From Octopus bimaculoides (lineage: Eukaryota), in contig NC_068998.1 of assembly GCF_001194135.2 (NCBI RefSeq), positions 39,020,509-39,081,505 of the forward strand: a stretch of 60,997 nucleotides of DNA, read 5' to 3'. The notes under the pieces were generated by a model, which was given only the letters and a program-made list of their open reading frames with translations, was not told where the DNA came from and ran no database searches. Positions within the stretch are counted from its first letter, which is position 1, and each line of letters opens with the position of its first letter. Shown here piece after piece: positions 12,981 through 25,802 of the stretch. The translations under genes and the position numbers were made by a program.

Positions 12981-13304
12981 CACATGTATACATACAGTGT
13001 AGAGACATTAGACTAATCGTGGCTAAACTGCAGCTCACAGGTCTTTCTGAATGGCATGCCTAACAAAAAATTACTTTGAATGTTTCTGATAGTGCACCCT
13101 ACATGAGGAGGTACCATGTCTCATGAAGCCTACTTGAAAAAGGTTGTCAATGTCTGTATTAAACCATCAATAGAATGCCTTGCAGTACTTGTTCCTTGGT
13201 TGACAATGCCTTTCATTTTTTTGTGGTCAGTAAATAAAGTAGCAGCTTATGATGTTTTATTAAGCTCAACTGTTAGAATATAGCAGATTTTGTTGCATTA
13301 TCTG

Positions 13305-14345
13305 TCAACTTGTGCATTTAGAGTTTCCCCGCCCCTGCCCATACTGCCGCACTTGCTCCTACCTCTCAAACACCACCATCCTCACAGGCACCCATCATCG
13401 TCCCTATCATATCACCAACTCCTTTACATGCACTTCTAGCAAAGTCATTTACTGCATCTCCAGCTCTTTCTGTCCTTTTCTGTACATCAGTCAAATGGGA
13501 CGCTGCTTGGCTGATTGGTTCGTGGAGCACCTCTGCTCAGCAATGACACCATGGTCTCATGCCATTTCCGCTCTACTGGTCATTCATTAAAACACCTGTC
13601 TGTGTTCGGATTGTCTTTGCACAGGGGCCATATAGACTCCCGCCTTCGTCATGAACAGGAATTAATCTTCTCTCTTCGCTCCTTTGAGCCACATGGGCTT
13701 AACTCCCCTCCTCTCTTCTCTTCATCTCACACTTACTCACTCTCTTCACCTTCTCCCTTCATCAATACCCCCTCCATCTACACCCCACTCCTACACATCC
13801 CAACTCCACCACCCCACGCCTACACATCCCACTCCCATATACAACGCCCCTACTCCACATCCTCACCCTAAACACTACCCTCACAACCCCAAACCCCACC
13901 CTTGCATTCCCACACCTCAACACTGTCACACCACCACACTGCATCACACCATCCCGCATATACTAGCAATGACCACTTCCTAGCACCCACACCATCATGC
14001 ACACATTACATACACATTTACACATCCAAACGCCAAAGCCACCAGCTCCTATCCACACGCACACATTTACACACTCTCACATACACAAGCATACGCACCT
14101 TCGTTTTGGGATCACCAATACTTTATTATCTCCCCTTCTTCCAAGCTCTCCTGTTTAACTACCTTTGTCCAGCCAGCCGCCATAACTGACTGCTAGCTCC
14201 AAAAGTTTTTTATTCTCTCTCTGTTTATTTCTTTGTGTTCCTTTCTGTTGAAGAGTGTAGGCTCGAAACGTAAAAGACTTTCCCACCTTCCTGAGCGTTA
14301 AAATAATACACCTCTTTGCTGTTTATACATCAGTCTTCGTCTTTT
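13305..14345 (+). mobile_element. Penelope-like element 3' end: GIY-YIG endonuclease, C/A-rich spacer and terminal hammerhead-like motif
   Basis: PCPYCRTC...FTCTSSKVIYCISSSFCPFLYISQMGRCLADWFVEHL...HFRSTGHS...EQELIFSLRSFEPHGLN matches the PLE endonuclease pattern (CxxC, VIY, YIG, H..H, GLN). Confidence 0.85.
14241..14276 (+). ncRNA. Candidate minimal type-I hammerhead ribozyme (non-canonical core)
   Basis: cttt-CTGTTGA-a-gagt(gtag)gctc-GAAA-CGTA-aaag: helix I cttt/aaag, stem II hairpin, palindromic ACGT stem III, GUA cleavage triplet, A6U core change. Confidence 0.5.
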
Positions 14346-14366
14346 GTTTTCCTGTAAATTTCAACT

Positions 14367-14439
<73 letters not shown>

Positions 14440-14542
14440 CACACACACACACACATATACATATACATACACACACACATATATATATATATGTATATAT
14501 ATAAATATACGCACACATATATATATGTATACATATATATAT

Positions 14543-14580
<38 letters not shown>

Positions 14581-15311
14581 NNNNNNNNNNNNNNNNNNNN
14601 NNNNNNNNNNNNNNNNNNNNNNNNNNNNNNNNNNNNNNNNNNNNNNNNNNNNNNNNNNNNNNNNNNNNNNNNNNNNNNNNNNNNNNNNNNNNNNNNNNNN
14701 NNNNNNNNNNNNNNNNNNNNNNNNNNNNNNNNNNNNNNNNNNNNNNNNNNNNNNNNNNNNNNNNNNNNNNNNNNNNNNNNNNNNNNNNNNNNNNNNNNNN
14801 NNNNNNNNNNNNNNNNNNNNNNNNNNNNNNNNNNNNNNNNNNNNNNNNNNNNNNNNNNNNNNNNNNNNNNNNNNNNNNNNNNNNNNNNNNNNNNNNNNNN
14901 NNNNNNNNNNNNNNNNNNNNNNNNNNNNNNNNNNNNNNNNNNNNNNNNNNNNNNNNNNNNNNNNNNNNNNNNNNNNNNNNNNNNNNNNNNNNNNNNNNNN
15001 NNNNNNNNNNNNNNNNNNNNNNNNNNNNNNNNNNNNNNNNNNNNNNNNNNNNNNNNNNNNNNNNNNNNNNNNNNNNNNNNNNNNNNNNNNNNNNNNNNNN
15101 NNNNNNNNNNNNNNNNNNNNNNNNNNNNNNNNNNNNNNNNNNNNNNNNNNNNNNNNNNNNNNNNNNNNNNNNNNNNNNNNNNNNNNNNNNNNNNNNNNNN
15201 NNNNNNNNNNNNNNNNNNNNNNNNNNNNNNNNNNNNNNNNNNNNNNNNNNNNNNNNNNNNNNNNNNNNNNNNNNNNNNTATATAATTCCTGTACATCACC
15301 TCCTCCAAACC

Positions 15312-15344
<33 letters not shown>

Positions 15345-15348
<4 letters not shown>

Positions 15349-15724
15349 TTTATTTGTTTCAGTCATTTGACTGCGGCCGTGCTGGGGCACCACCTTTAGT
15401 CGAGAAAATCGACCCCAGGACTTATTGTTTGTAAGCCTAGTACTTATTCTATTGGTCTCTTTTTGCCGAACTGTTAATTATGGGGACATAAACACACCAG
15501 CATCGGTTGTCAAGCGAAGTTGGGGGGACAAACACAGACACACATACATATATATATATAGATACATATATACGACGGGCTTCTTTCAGTTTCCGTCTAC
15601 CAAATCCACTCACAAGGCTTTGGTCAGCCCGAGGCTATAGTAGAAGACACTTGCCCAAGGTGCCACGCAGTGGGACTGAACCCGGAACCATGTGGTTGGT
15701 AAGCAAGCTACTTACCACAGCCAC
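15345..15724 (-). mobile_element. SINE family A, near full length
   Basis: High similarity to 58761-59157, including tRNA-like boxes and the internal (TA)n. Confidence 0.9.
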
Positions 15725-16395
15725 TATATGTTTATATCTAATATATATGTATATCTAATATATATTTTTTATTTATGTGTTTCAGCCATATATATATCAT
15801 CATCATCATCGTTTAAGTGGACGTTAAACGATGATGATGATGATGATGATGATGATGATATATATATATATAAAATAGTCCCAGGTTAATATTTTAATTA
15901 TTTATTTCAGTAAGTACAAGAGAAATTCTGCATATGTTTCAGTTTTATTATGAACTTGTTAGCAAAGCATAAACTTCAGTGTATGCATGAAGTAGTGATA
16001 GAAGAATCAGGAAGTAAATGTATGTGATTGAACACTGGTTGTAGTAGAAAAATAGAACTGTTAACAGAATATATAACTCAGAGATGCCATCTGCATAAAG
16101 ATAAACAACAACACTTAAGTTAGATACTACTTATATAGAATATTATATTTATACAAAAAAAGACATACATCAAAATGTGAAACACAAAATATCTTTCTGG
16201 TGTAAAAATATTACATTGTTATTTGTAACAAATTAAAATCCTTAACGCAGGTTGGAGCCAAATGAAGGTTTACCCTTTAAATAAGGTATATCCACAAATT
16301 GCACTTATAACATCCAAAATATCCGTTTTGTATTATGAAACTTCATTTCTTTTTGAGAGAGATACAATTATTTTTCTTCCATTTGATCTATTTAA

Positions 16396-16627
16396 CCCTT
16401 AGGAGACAACAGGGTCGATCTATTGGCCAAAAAGTTGAATGATGAAGAAGATTGTATTAGTTCATTCAATTTCCTACGAGAATATATATAGTTTTATATA
16501 TATAAAGTAATTAGTTTATTTTTTATAATTTAAAAAAAAAAATAAGTGCATACCCTCTGCAGGGCTTGTGAAAAGGGCTCCATCTTCTTGGCACTGAAAC
16601 TCCAAATGAGGTTCCATCTCCAAAGGG
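16396..16627. mobile_element. piggyBac-like MITE with TTAA TSD
   Basis: TTAA|cccttaggaga ... tctccaaaggg|TTAA. Confidence 0.7.
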
Positions 16628-18787
16628 TTAAAGTCAGTTTAGAGCTAGCATCACTCATAGTTTATAGTATTCCTGTTTTGGTGAAGGACAGGTCACAAAG
16701 AGATTAATTTACTGAACATCTGTTTGAAGTGAAGATAGGCATTGACAGTGCCAGTAAGCAAGCTTGTATGTAACTGGTTAACTTATTTGATGTGGTGGCG
16801 AAATTCTTTCCTAACAACAAGTCCCCAGTGTCTTCACAAGCTTTAAATCAAAAGATAGGATGCTTCAAGCTTCTCAATAGACATAGGCTGGCCACAATAA
16901 AGGAAGCTGCTTGAATACAACATTCTATCAGCTCAGCTAAATCCACCTACGTTGTAGGTTTACAGAAACAGGGCCGACTTAGGTTTACCCAACACAAATA
17001 GCAGCAGCAATGATGACGATGACAACAACTTCACAACTTCCATCTCTAAATCCTCACTCACAGCCCTGCAGTAAAAAAGACAAACTATGATATTAACGAG
17101 GTTTTTAATTATTCCTTTCATAAAAAATAAGGATCCATACAGAGCAGATACTTAATTTAAGATTGTGTTGCAATAAGAAGATGATGAGAACTAATTTGCA
17201 ATTGTGACATGATGACAGTCTAACCTTAATTTGCCCAGTAGGGTATGTGAAGTTTTGGCACAGCTGATCCAATCCTGACTTATTTGACATTAGATATTAT
17301 AATGTTTCTCTCATTCTTTCCCTTTCTCTGTTTATGAGTGTGAGCATATTTCTCTGTGTGCATGAAGAGAGGGAAAGTGTTTATGCTAAATCATATTCTA
17401 TTAGTAAACTGAAATGGCTCTCTTTGTCTGTCTTTCTCTCAATCTGAATATTTCTGTACCCATGTGTGTGTGTGTGTGTGTGTGTGTGCCTCCAGTGCCA
17501 AAATATACTGTCACAAAAAACAGATTGAATGTCCAGTCTGGTGTACCAAATCATTTGCATCCAAGCAACTGCACCAATCCATCTCGTTCCACTGCTAGGA
17601 ACACCTACCCCCATCAACCAATTCCCTGACAGCTACATGAGCAAGGGCCATATAGAATTAAGTGTCTTGCTAATTGGCTGAACAGAATGCCAGCACAGGA
17701 CACAAATTTAGGTCTCAGAATTTAAGAATAAGTTATCTCAAATTTCACTTCTGTACAAAAACACACTAAAAAAAAAAAAAAAAAATTATAAAAGGCAGTG
17801 AAGTATGGTAGCCTACATGTGTTCTTCATGCAGATGGCACCATGTTACTTTAATTGCTCTATTCCCCACGCATACTAACAACACTATTTTTTATCCTGCT
17901 AAGCTAACCAAATCCAGCACAAGTCAGCCTTCGCTGTTCACTGGGCATACATATGATAAAAGACAGTCCATCCATAGCACTCCAGTTTATGTTTTTCACA
18001 CACAGTCTGTGTAAAACTATAATATTCACTCCATCTTCCTATTTGTTTTGTGAAAATTGATAAGGTGGGATTTACGAGATTTAGAGCTATACAGAAGCTC
18101 GCACACTAGTCTGTTCATAACTAGTGTTTTGAGGATTCTATCTCCATTATAGCATACATGGCATAATAAGATAGACAGCATACATTTTGATTTGTAAAAA
18201 CCTGTTCCCACTTGTTTGCAGAACAAGTGCTGTGCATCCATTATCTAATAAGATATAATGAAGTCATCTCTCACTCTCTAGCTCCCCCCTTCTCTCTCTC
18301 ATATGTACATAAACACTGATAAATGCCTGGCGTTTGATGTCTATAGTACACTGTTGCTGACTCATGCATGTTAGAACCCACAAACCCTTTTCTAACCTCA
18401 GCAGTTTCTGTGAATATTGCTAAAATCCTTTCGAATGTAGGCACAAAGTCTGAAATTTTAGAGGAGGGGTGAGTTGATCACTTCGACTCCATAGAGAATG
18501 GAAAGCAAAATTGACCTCAACATCATTTGAACTCACGATGTAAAGCCAGAAGAAGTGCTAATGATTCTGTCACCTTGTCACCCTTGAATGGTATTAAAAT
18601 AACTTATCAGAATCATCAGCTAACACTTACAAGATACAGAATATGACATAGCCATAGCAGTAAATGAAGTAAAATGGTATCCAGGTTCAGTTTTATGTGC
18701 CGTATTTGTCAACATATAAAATGCATTTTCACATAAGATGTATCCCTACTTTACAAGTGTATTTTGTGGAAAAAACCCCAAATTTAA

Positions 18788-19039
18788 CCCTTTGACATTC
18801 AGATTATTCTGTCAAATGTAATGCTTATTTATTCATATTATTTATATTATATTATTCATATTATTCATATTATTTTGCATTTAATCATGCACTATCTCAT
18901 AGCTTTGAGATTTCAATTATGTGATTGTTTGATTTTAGAATGACATTGTAGGGCAGGTGTAAGGGGTAAAATCTGGCTGGCTTTAATGTAAAATAAATAG
19001 AATATATGAGCTGGATATGGCCAGTTTGAATGCTAAAAA
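18788..19039. mobile_element. piggyBac-like MITE (same family as 5767-5973)
   Basis: TTAA|ccctttgacattcagattattctgtcaaa ... aatgctaaaaa|TTAA. Confidence 0.6.
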
Positions 19040-19479
19040 TTAACGTTTCATTATACACACACACACACACACAATATCCCATCTATAATATGGTTGCATG
19101 AGACACATGACAATTTTTGTGGCATTTATGCATCAGAAAAGTGCATTTTGTACACTAGCATATACTGTAAACAAGATAATACCTAGTATACACTATAATA
19201 TAGTCATAATAACACATTGAGAAGAATGGTCATAGTGGTTGTTTTTCATTTAGTCCCACATGAAACCCTAATTGAACAACCCTAAGATCAAAGGCATTCC
19301 AACCATGACTAACTTGTTCTTCTTTTTCTTGTTTAAGATAGTTGGATGTGATAGGAGTGATATTTTGCGGCTATTTTTAGCAGGTCGAATGACCATGTAC
19401 AGACTTTGTCCTTGGCTCATATGTAGAATAGTATTTAGCTCTAGAATGACAACATATATTTTTTTGTGACCAGGATTAT

Positions 19480-19499
<20 letters not shown>

Positions 19500-19518
<19 letters not shown>

Positions 19519-19914
19519 TGGTTTCAAATTTTGGTACAATGCCAGCAATTTTGGGGGAGGGGTTAAGTCGATTAAATCAACCCCAGTGCTCAGTCCAGAA
19601 CATGAAGACAGACAAAATACCACTAAACATTTTGCACAGAGTGCTAATGATTCTGCCAGGTTGCCAACTTCGACCAGGATAATATTAATAATAATAATAA
19701 TCCTTTCTACTAAAGGCACAAGGCCTGAAATTTTGGGGGAAGGGACTAGTTGATTACATTGACTTAAGTGTTTCACTGGTACTCAATATATTGACCACCG
19801 AAAGGACGAAAGGCAAAGTTGACCTTGGTGGAATTTGAACTCAGAACATAAAGATTGATGAAATGCCGAAAAGCATTTTGCCCAGCATGCTAATGATTCT
19901 GCCAGCTCGCTGCC

Positions 19915-19953
<39 letters not shown>

Positions 19954-19962
19954 GTAATAGTA

Positions 19963-20007
<45 letters not shown>

Positions 20008-20830
20008 GTTCCAAATATTGGCATAGGGCCAGCAGTTTTTGAGGGGTAGGGGAAGTCAATTACATTGACCCCAGAACAGTGTATCTTAGTGGCATTATAA
20101 CTCAGAACATAGAACAAGAAGAAATGTTACTAAGTATCTTATTCAGTGTGATAATGACTCTACCAGTTTGCTGCCTATTTAATAATAGATAGAATTCTTT
20201 TTCCTGTAGGCATAAAGCTTGAAATATTGGGGAGGATGCTGTTCAATTACATTGACCCCAGTGCTTGATTAATAATGGCAATAATAATGGTTTCTAAGAT
20301 AGATAAAAGGCCATGAAGTTAATGGATTGGTAGAGCCATTAAAGTGTCTGATAAAACCTACAATAACCATAATAATCCTTTCTACTATAGGCACAAGACC
20401 TGAAATTTTGGGGGAGAGAACTAGTCGATTACACCAACCCCAGTGTTTCACTGGTACTTAATCTATCAACCCTGAAATGATGAAAGGCGAAGTCAACCTC
20501 AGCAGAACTGGAACTCAGAACGTAAAAACATGAAATGCCATGAAGCATTTTGCCCAGCATGCTAACAGTTCTGCCAGCTCACCGCCTTACAATAATCATA
20601 ATAATAATTATGGTTTCTAATTAAGGTGCAAGGCTAACAATTTTGAGGGGAGAGGGTAAGTTAATACAGTTGACTACAGTACTTCAACGATGCTTAGGGT
20701 CAATAAAAGGCAAAGGTGACCGTGGCAGGATTTGAACTCAGGATGTAAAGAAGAAAGAACAAATACCCCAAGGCATTTTTTCCCTCATGCTCTAATGATT
20801 CTGCCAGCTTGCTGCGTTAAACAATGATGA
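19500..20830 (-). mobile_element. Head-to-tail array of about six SINE family B copies separated by (AAT)n
   Basis: Copies at about 19520-19680, 19700-19915, 20010-20180, 20200-20270 (partial), 20375-20590 and 20620-20820, all on the minus strand. Confidence 0.85.
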
Positions 20831-20869
20831 TGATGATTTCTTTTATGATAATATTAATAAGGGTTTCTT

Positions 20870-22440
20870 TTGCTAGTCACAATCAACCAAGACATTAAGG
20901 ACAATACAAAGTCAAGAAATAAATCACAAAATGTGAGGTTTACATCAAGTAAAAAGAAGTCAACAAAAACAAAACATATAACAATAAAAATTCAACAAGA
21001 CAATTCCTCCAATAGTGGGGAAGTTCCCCTAGGATAATTTGTGGGGAAACCCCTCACCAAAGCATTCCCCTAGTTTTCTTCTCTACTTAGAATATTCAAA
21101 GTGAGCCCAATCTGTCTCACCAGTCTTGCCACTCTCACCTACCTTGCATTGAACACACTAGAAAGCAATGCCACCTTCTTCTTCTTCAAATGGTCTTTGA
21201 ATAAGTTGACAAGAACTTGACCAGAAAGGAAAACACTGGTCTTCAAACCTTTCAGATGAACCTACAACACAACTTCTAATACAAGCCCTTCAAGTAGAGA
21301 AAGACCGACAACCCTTATCTGCTAAAGGAAAGTGGCATGCCAGTTTTTACTCTAGACTCAGTAAGATGGGTAGATTCGTCCTACACATGACAGCTGCTGT
21401 TTGACACAAGCCTGCAACTCAGTAATGCACAAACATTGAATGATAGCATGCAGAATGGTTTCATCACCCTGCATGCATCTTGGACAAGTCAGCTGTTAGT
21501 ATTTTCTTACCTGCAGAGTTGTACTGCCATGACAAAGACTTTTGAAAGGTATCTTAATCCTTAATCTCTAATTTGAAAGTCCTCCAAAAGATACTCTTAA
21601 ACTCTTCTTGTCGGTGCCTAGAGTCATTTCCAGGCCAGGCTAGGCCGTTGTTGTTTATACCTTTCTCTAATCTGCTATAAAATATGAGAGCTGTTGTCCC
21701 TACTGATGGGATTGTTTAACTGGTAGAGTGCTATGAGTGCCTGGCAACATTCTCGATGCCAGCCACCCAACCTTGGTCTTCACTAAACCAGTAGTTGCAG
21801 CGCAGACAAAGGAAAGAGCTATGAAAAGATGTGTCATATGAAAATCACACACACACACACACACAGCAATTTGCCCTTATTTTCATTGTTGTCATTGTCA
21901 TCACAATGTTCAAAATATTTTTGCAGATTTGTCAGCAGCAGTGATTGCTTGTGCATCATCAGTGATTTCCTTGTTAAAACACCACAGACAGATGGTGCTG
22001 GTAGTTGAAGGATCTCCTGACCAACAGAACTTGTCCCTTCTAAAAGAAATAGAAAAGCATGCACCCTAGTCTGGTCAGATGTTTCTTGGGCAAGGTAAAA
22101 TGGTCACCAACAAGATGATGCAGACAATACCCTCTTCTTTCTGTCCTTTCATAGACAACTTCCTCTCAACCCATTTCTGAGAGAGATCGGCCACCTTCTT
22201 CATAACCTCGTCCCAATTCCTATCCACCTGAAGGTCCAGTCTAAACCAGGTTCCATTTATTATGACCAGTGCTTTGGTTATAGCAACTAAAATCATTGCT
22301 GGTTAGCATAGGATTACCTTCCCAGGTACAAGGTTGCAAGCCCTGCAACTTGTCCCGGTTCATGTGAGCTCCGATACACTTCCCTCTTCTAGTATGGTAG
22401 TGGCTGCTTCTAAGAATGATTTCACACATTTTGGGAAAGA
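20870..22440 (-). mobile_element. Decayed L1/Tx1-clade LINE ORF2 3' part
   Basis: WF.LDLQVDRNWDEVMKKV...WVERKLSMKG (RT thumb), LTCPRCMQGDETILHAIIQC (CCHC knuckle) and LSGQVLVNLFKDHLKKK, with many frameshifts. Confidence 0.7.
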
Positions 22441-22756
22441 TTCAGTAGATTTGGTTAATGTCAGTGCTTGATTGTAATATTTATTTTAGTGATCTCTGAA
22501 GGACGAAAGACAAAGTCAACCATGCCAGGATTTGAAAACAAACCATAAAAGTGAAATACTGTAAAATTATGCCTGACATTCCAGCATTTCTACAACCCCA
22601 GTGTTTGACTTATACTTATTTTATCAACCTCAAAAGAATGAAAGGTAAAGTCAACCTTGGCAGCATTTGAACGCAGGACATAAAGTTGGAAGAAATGCCA
22701 CTCAGCATTTTGTCCTGCATGCTAACAACGCTGCTAACCCACTGCCTCAGTAGTAG

Positions 22757-22788
<32 letters not shown>

Positions 22789-22988
22789 ATCCTTTCTACT
22801 ATAGGCACAAGGCCTAGAATTTTAGGGAAAGGAACTAATCGATTACATCGGCCCTAGTACACAACTGGTCCCTGAAAGGCCGAAAGGCAAAGTCGACCTC
22901 AGCAGAATTTGAACTCGGAATGTAGCGATGGGTAAAATACTGCTAAGAATTTTGTCCAGTGTACTAATGATTCTATCAACTTGCCACC

Positions 22989-23032
<44 letters not shown>

Positions 23033-23203
23033 TCTTTCTACTGGAAGTACCTGGTCAGTGCATCACTGGTACTTAATTTATTGACCTTGAAAGGATGAAA
23101 GGTGAAGTCAACCCCGGTGGTATTTGAACTCAGAATGTGAAGACAGACGGAATACCACTAAGCATTTCACCTGGTGTGCTAATGATTCTGTCAGCTCGCC
23201 ACC

Positions 23204-23241
<38 letters not shown>

Positions 23242-23345
23242 TTCTTTTATTGGCCACAAGAGCTAGACACTTGTCCAAGGTGCCATGCCATGGAATTGAA
23301 CCCAGAACCATATGGTTGGGAAGCAAACTTCTTACAATACGGCCA
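22440..23345 (-). mobile_element. Array of four SINE family B copies plus a family A head just downstream of LCA5
   Basis: Copies at about 22440-22560, 22590-22750, 22790-22990 and 23035-23205 separated by (AAT)n; SINE-A head at 23265-23345. Confidence 0.8.
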
Positions 23346-23513
23346 CAATAATATTTGTTAACCATGGTAACAAAACACAACAGAATATACAAGAGAAACC
23401 ATTTATTGTAATATTATTTATATATTATACATAACAATAAATATAACATATGTGATATGTGTACAGTATCGTTCCTCAAATATAAAAACCCCCAAAATAT
23501 AATTATTTACTTT

Positions 23514-23519
23514 TTTATT
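23514..23519 (-). promoter_or_regulatory. Candidate AATAAA polyadenylation signal of LCA5
   Basis: AATAAA on the minus strand about 210 nt after the stop codon. A second candidate lies at 23402-23407. AT-rich context, so weak. Confidence 0.35.
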
Positions 23520-23728
23520 TAATCAATTTTTGTAAGCTCAGTAATTTGAGATTTTTTTCTTAAAAAGAAATCATTGTATATCTTTATAGTCATGGTTTTT
23601 TTGGGGTTATTTTTTTTTACCCTGTTTTAACAGAAAAATAAATAAATTCATCTGATATCCTGCAATATAACATAACAAAATAAATAAACCATGATACCAT
23701 AGCATATGATATTTCCACTGAAACACCA

Positions 23729-24868
23729 TCAAAGAATGATTTCTTCAACACTGTCCATGGAATTGTCTAAAGAGTCCAATGTTGACCTCTTCTCAAACCT
23801 ATTCATTTGCTGACGAGATGGCAACAGCTTTGTGGAATGTTTCTCATTGTTTCTGCTGTCATTTCTCAACACATTGCTGACATCCCAAACATCTGGTTCT
23901 GAAGAGCCAATGTGGTTTGAGTCCCCATCACTATACTTAAAACCTAAAAAGTCTCCATTGCTTGGCAGATTGTCTTGGGGAGTGTCTTCAAGTAGCTCTT
24001 TGAAAATACTGTTCTTGTTCTTTCCAATTGACTTTTGGTGCCATTTAGCATCATTGGCATCTCCATTTCTTCCTTGAAACTCATTCATAGGTTTGTAAGA
24101 AGCCAACGATATATCTTGTGCCAAAAAATCATCAATGGATTTGTCCTTTAAAAGCAATAAATCATTTTTAATATCTAAGGGTGCCGTGACTTTTTCTGAG
24201 AATCCATTTAATGTTAATGGAGAATTTCTTCTATTAGAGTTATGTTCATTCACTGGACGACCCTGGTGAAGGTTCTCAGTCTTCTGTGAGAATGAATAAT
24301 GTGTTTTATTATCAGCTTTAGTTGACACATTTTCATTGGAGAACATGCTATCAGACTTCAAAGGCATTTCAGGATTATCATCAATTTCTTTTAACTTTGC
24401 CAGCAGTAAATCCTTCTTTCTACGTTCCTCATCTTGTTTCTGTTTTAATTCTGCCATTTCCCTATCACTGTAGACCTGTTTCAGTTCTTCAGGTGCCTTC
24501 TTTGGTATTGATTCCTTTGGTTTTGTTTCTTCAATCTTTTCTAACTTGTAACCCAAATCATCATTTACACTTATCTTCTCTGTTTCCTTTCGCTTTTCCA
24601 TCTGTTTGTTATCTGTATTCATCTGTTCAGCTATATCTGGCTCTTGCTCATAGCTGTCAGCTGTAAACTTCATTTCCTTCTTCTCCCACTCCTTGCTCTC
24701 TTCTTGTGTTTTTTCTGGAATTTTCTCTGTGTGGCCATGCTTTTCAGACAGCAATACTTTTGTATTGAATGCTTTACTCAGATGGTTAATATTTTGTACA
24801 TTTTTTATATCTCCTGAATTCTGAGCAGTGGAAGAATTCTTCATTGCCAGCTTCTCTTGTGCCCTTTT
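23729..24868 (-). CDS. LCA5: Lebercilin terminal coding exon 5
   Basis: Acceptor cttgtctcacAG at 24869-24870, phase 0, 379 codons plus stop. Contains EERRKKDLLLAKLKEID (human KREMLLAKLNEID), YSFSQKTENLHQG and a C-terminal VEEIIL* (human IEEVALR*). Confidence 0.9.
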   Translation of the reverse strand, partial: KRAQEKLAMKNSSTAQNSGDIKNVQNINHLSKAFNTKVLLSEKHGHTEKIPEKTQEESKEWEKKEMKFTADSYEQEPDIAEQMNTDNKQMEKRKETEKISVNDDLGYKLEKIEETKPKESIPKKAPEELKQVYSDREMAELKQKQDEERRKKDLLLAKLKEIDDNPEMPLKSDSMFSNENVSTKADNKTHYSFSQKTENLHQGRPVNEHNSNRRNSPLTLNGFSEKVTAPLDIKNDLLLLKDKSIDDFLAQDISLASYKPMNEFQGRNGDANDAKWHQKSIGKNKNSIFKELLEDTPQDNLPSNGDFLGFKYSDGDSNHIGSSEPDVWDVSNVLRNDSRNNEKHSTKLLPSRQQMNRFEKRSTLDSLDNSMDSVEEIIL

Positions 24869-25802
24869 CTGTGAGACAAGCAGAAGTAGAAATATTTTAA
24901 AACACAGACAAATGGAATGAATGAATACAAGGTTTCTGAGAAACTGAAATAAAGCAAGTGAGAATCAAAGGGCCTGACAGCCATATTAAGCGGGGGGTGG
25001 CTACTCTAGGATGGACATTAATGGTATACTTTGAGTGCTGAAAAAAGAGTAAGAGGTAAACTTAAACAATGTTTTATAAAATCAATGATGGATATTTAAA
25101 TGAGTGTTGAATACATAAACAGTGTAAAAATGCCAAAGAGATATAATGTATAGTTTGAATATACAGCCATAATCCTACTATATATATATAAAACCTCACA
25201 GAGTATTTAAATAACCACTATCTAGTGACATATACTGAGCCTTTCAGTGTAGGTGAAAAGTTTCTATCAATTACATTTGTGAATTGGGTAAAATTCTCAG
25301 ATACTATTTTTTGCAATCAATCTGCAAACGCTCTTCAAATATGAAGGCCATAACTCCTCATATTCTTTCCAAATATGATGTTCGAAGTTGAGCCAAATGA
25401 AGCAGACTTATGATCAAAAGTGTTTAAAGTCCATCCCATCATTTTTTCAGGACTATTAATGTCTTTTTTTTTATATGTATATATATTTTTTAAGATGACG
25501 GTTTGGTTTGAGGGATATTTGTCTGCTATCTCAAGCTGGTCAAGTAATCATGCTGAAACTCCCACAAGTGGTGTTCTTTGGGTCCTAAGATAGTGAGCTA
25601 ACTTTTATAATATCACGTTATGAAAATGATACTATGTTTTGTAACTAGTATAAGAAATGTAAAGTAAAGAGTAGATAAAAACAGTAGAGAAGCTGACCAA
25701 GTAACATATTTCAAATATTCGTTCTTTTTGTTATTTTTCATTTTACTCTAGGCTCTCATGTGTTAGGATGCTACTGAAGATCTTGTCTTCATATATCATA
25801 TA

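Noticed and set aside
19500-23210. Regularly spaced repeats superficially like a CRISPR array
   Set aside because: Eukaryotic SINE copies of about 200 bp separated by (AAT)n; no constant short repeat with unique spacers and no cas genes.
24322-24666. Plus-strand ORFs antisense to LCA5 exon 5 (also 23832-24077, 29513-29740)
   Set aside because: Shadow frames of the real minus-strand CDS.
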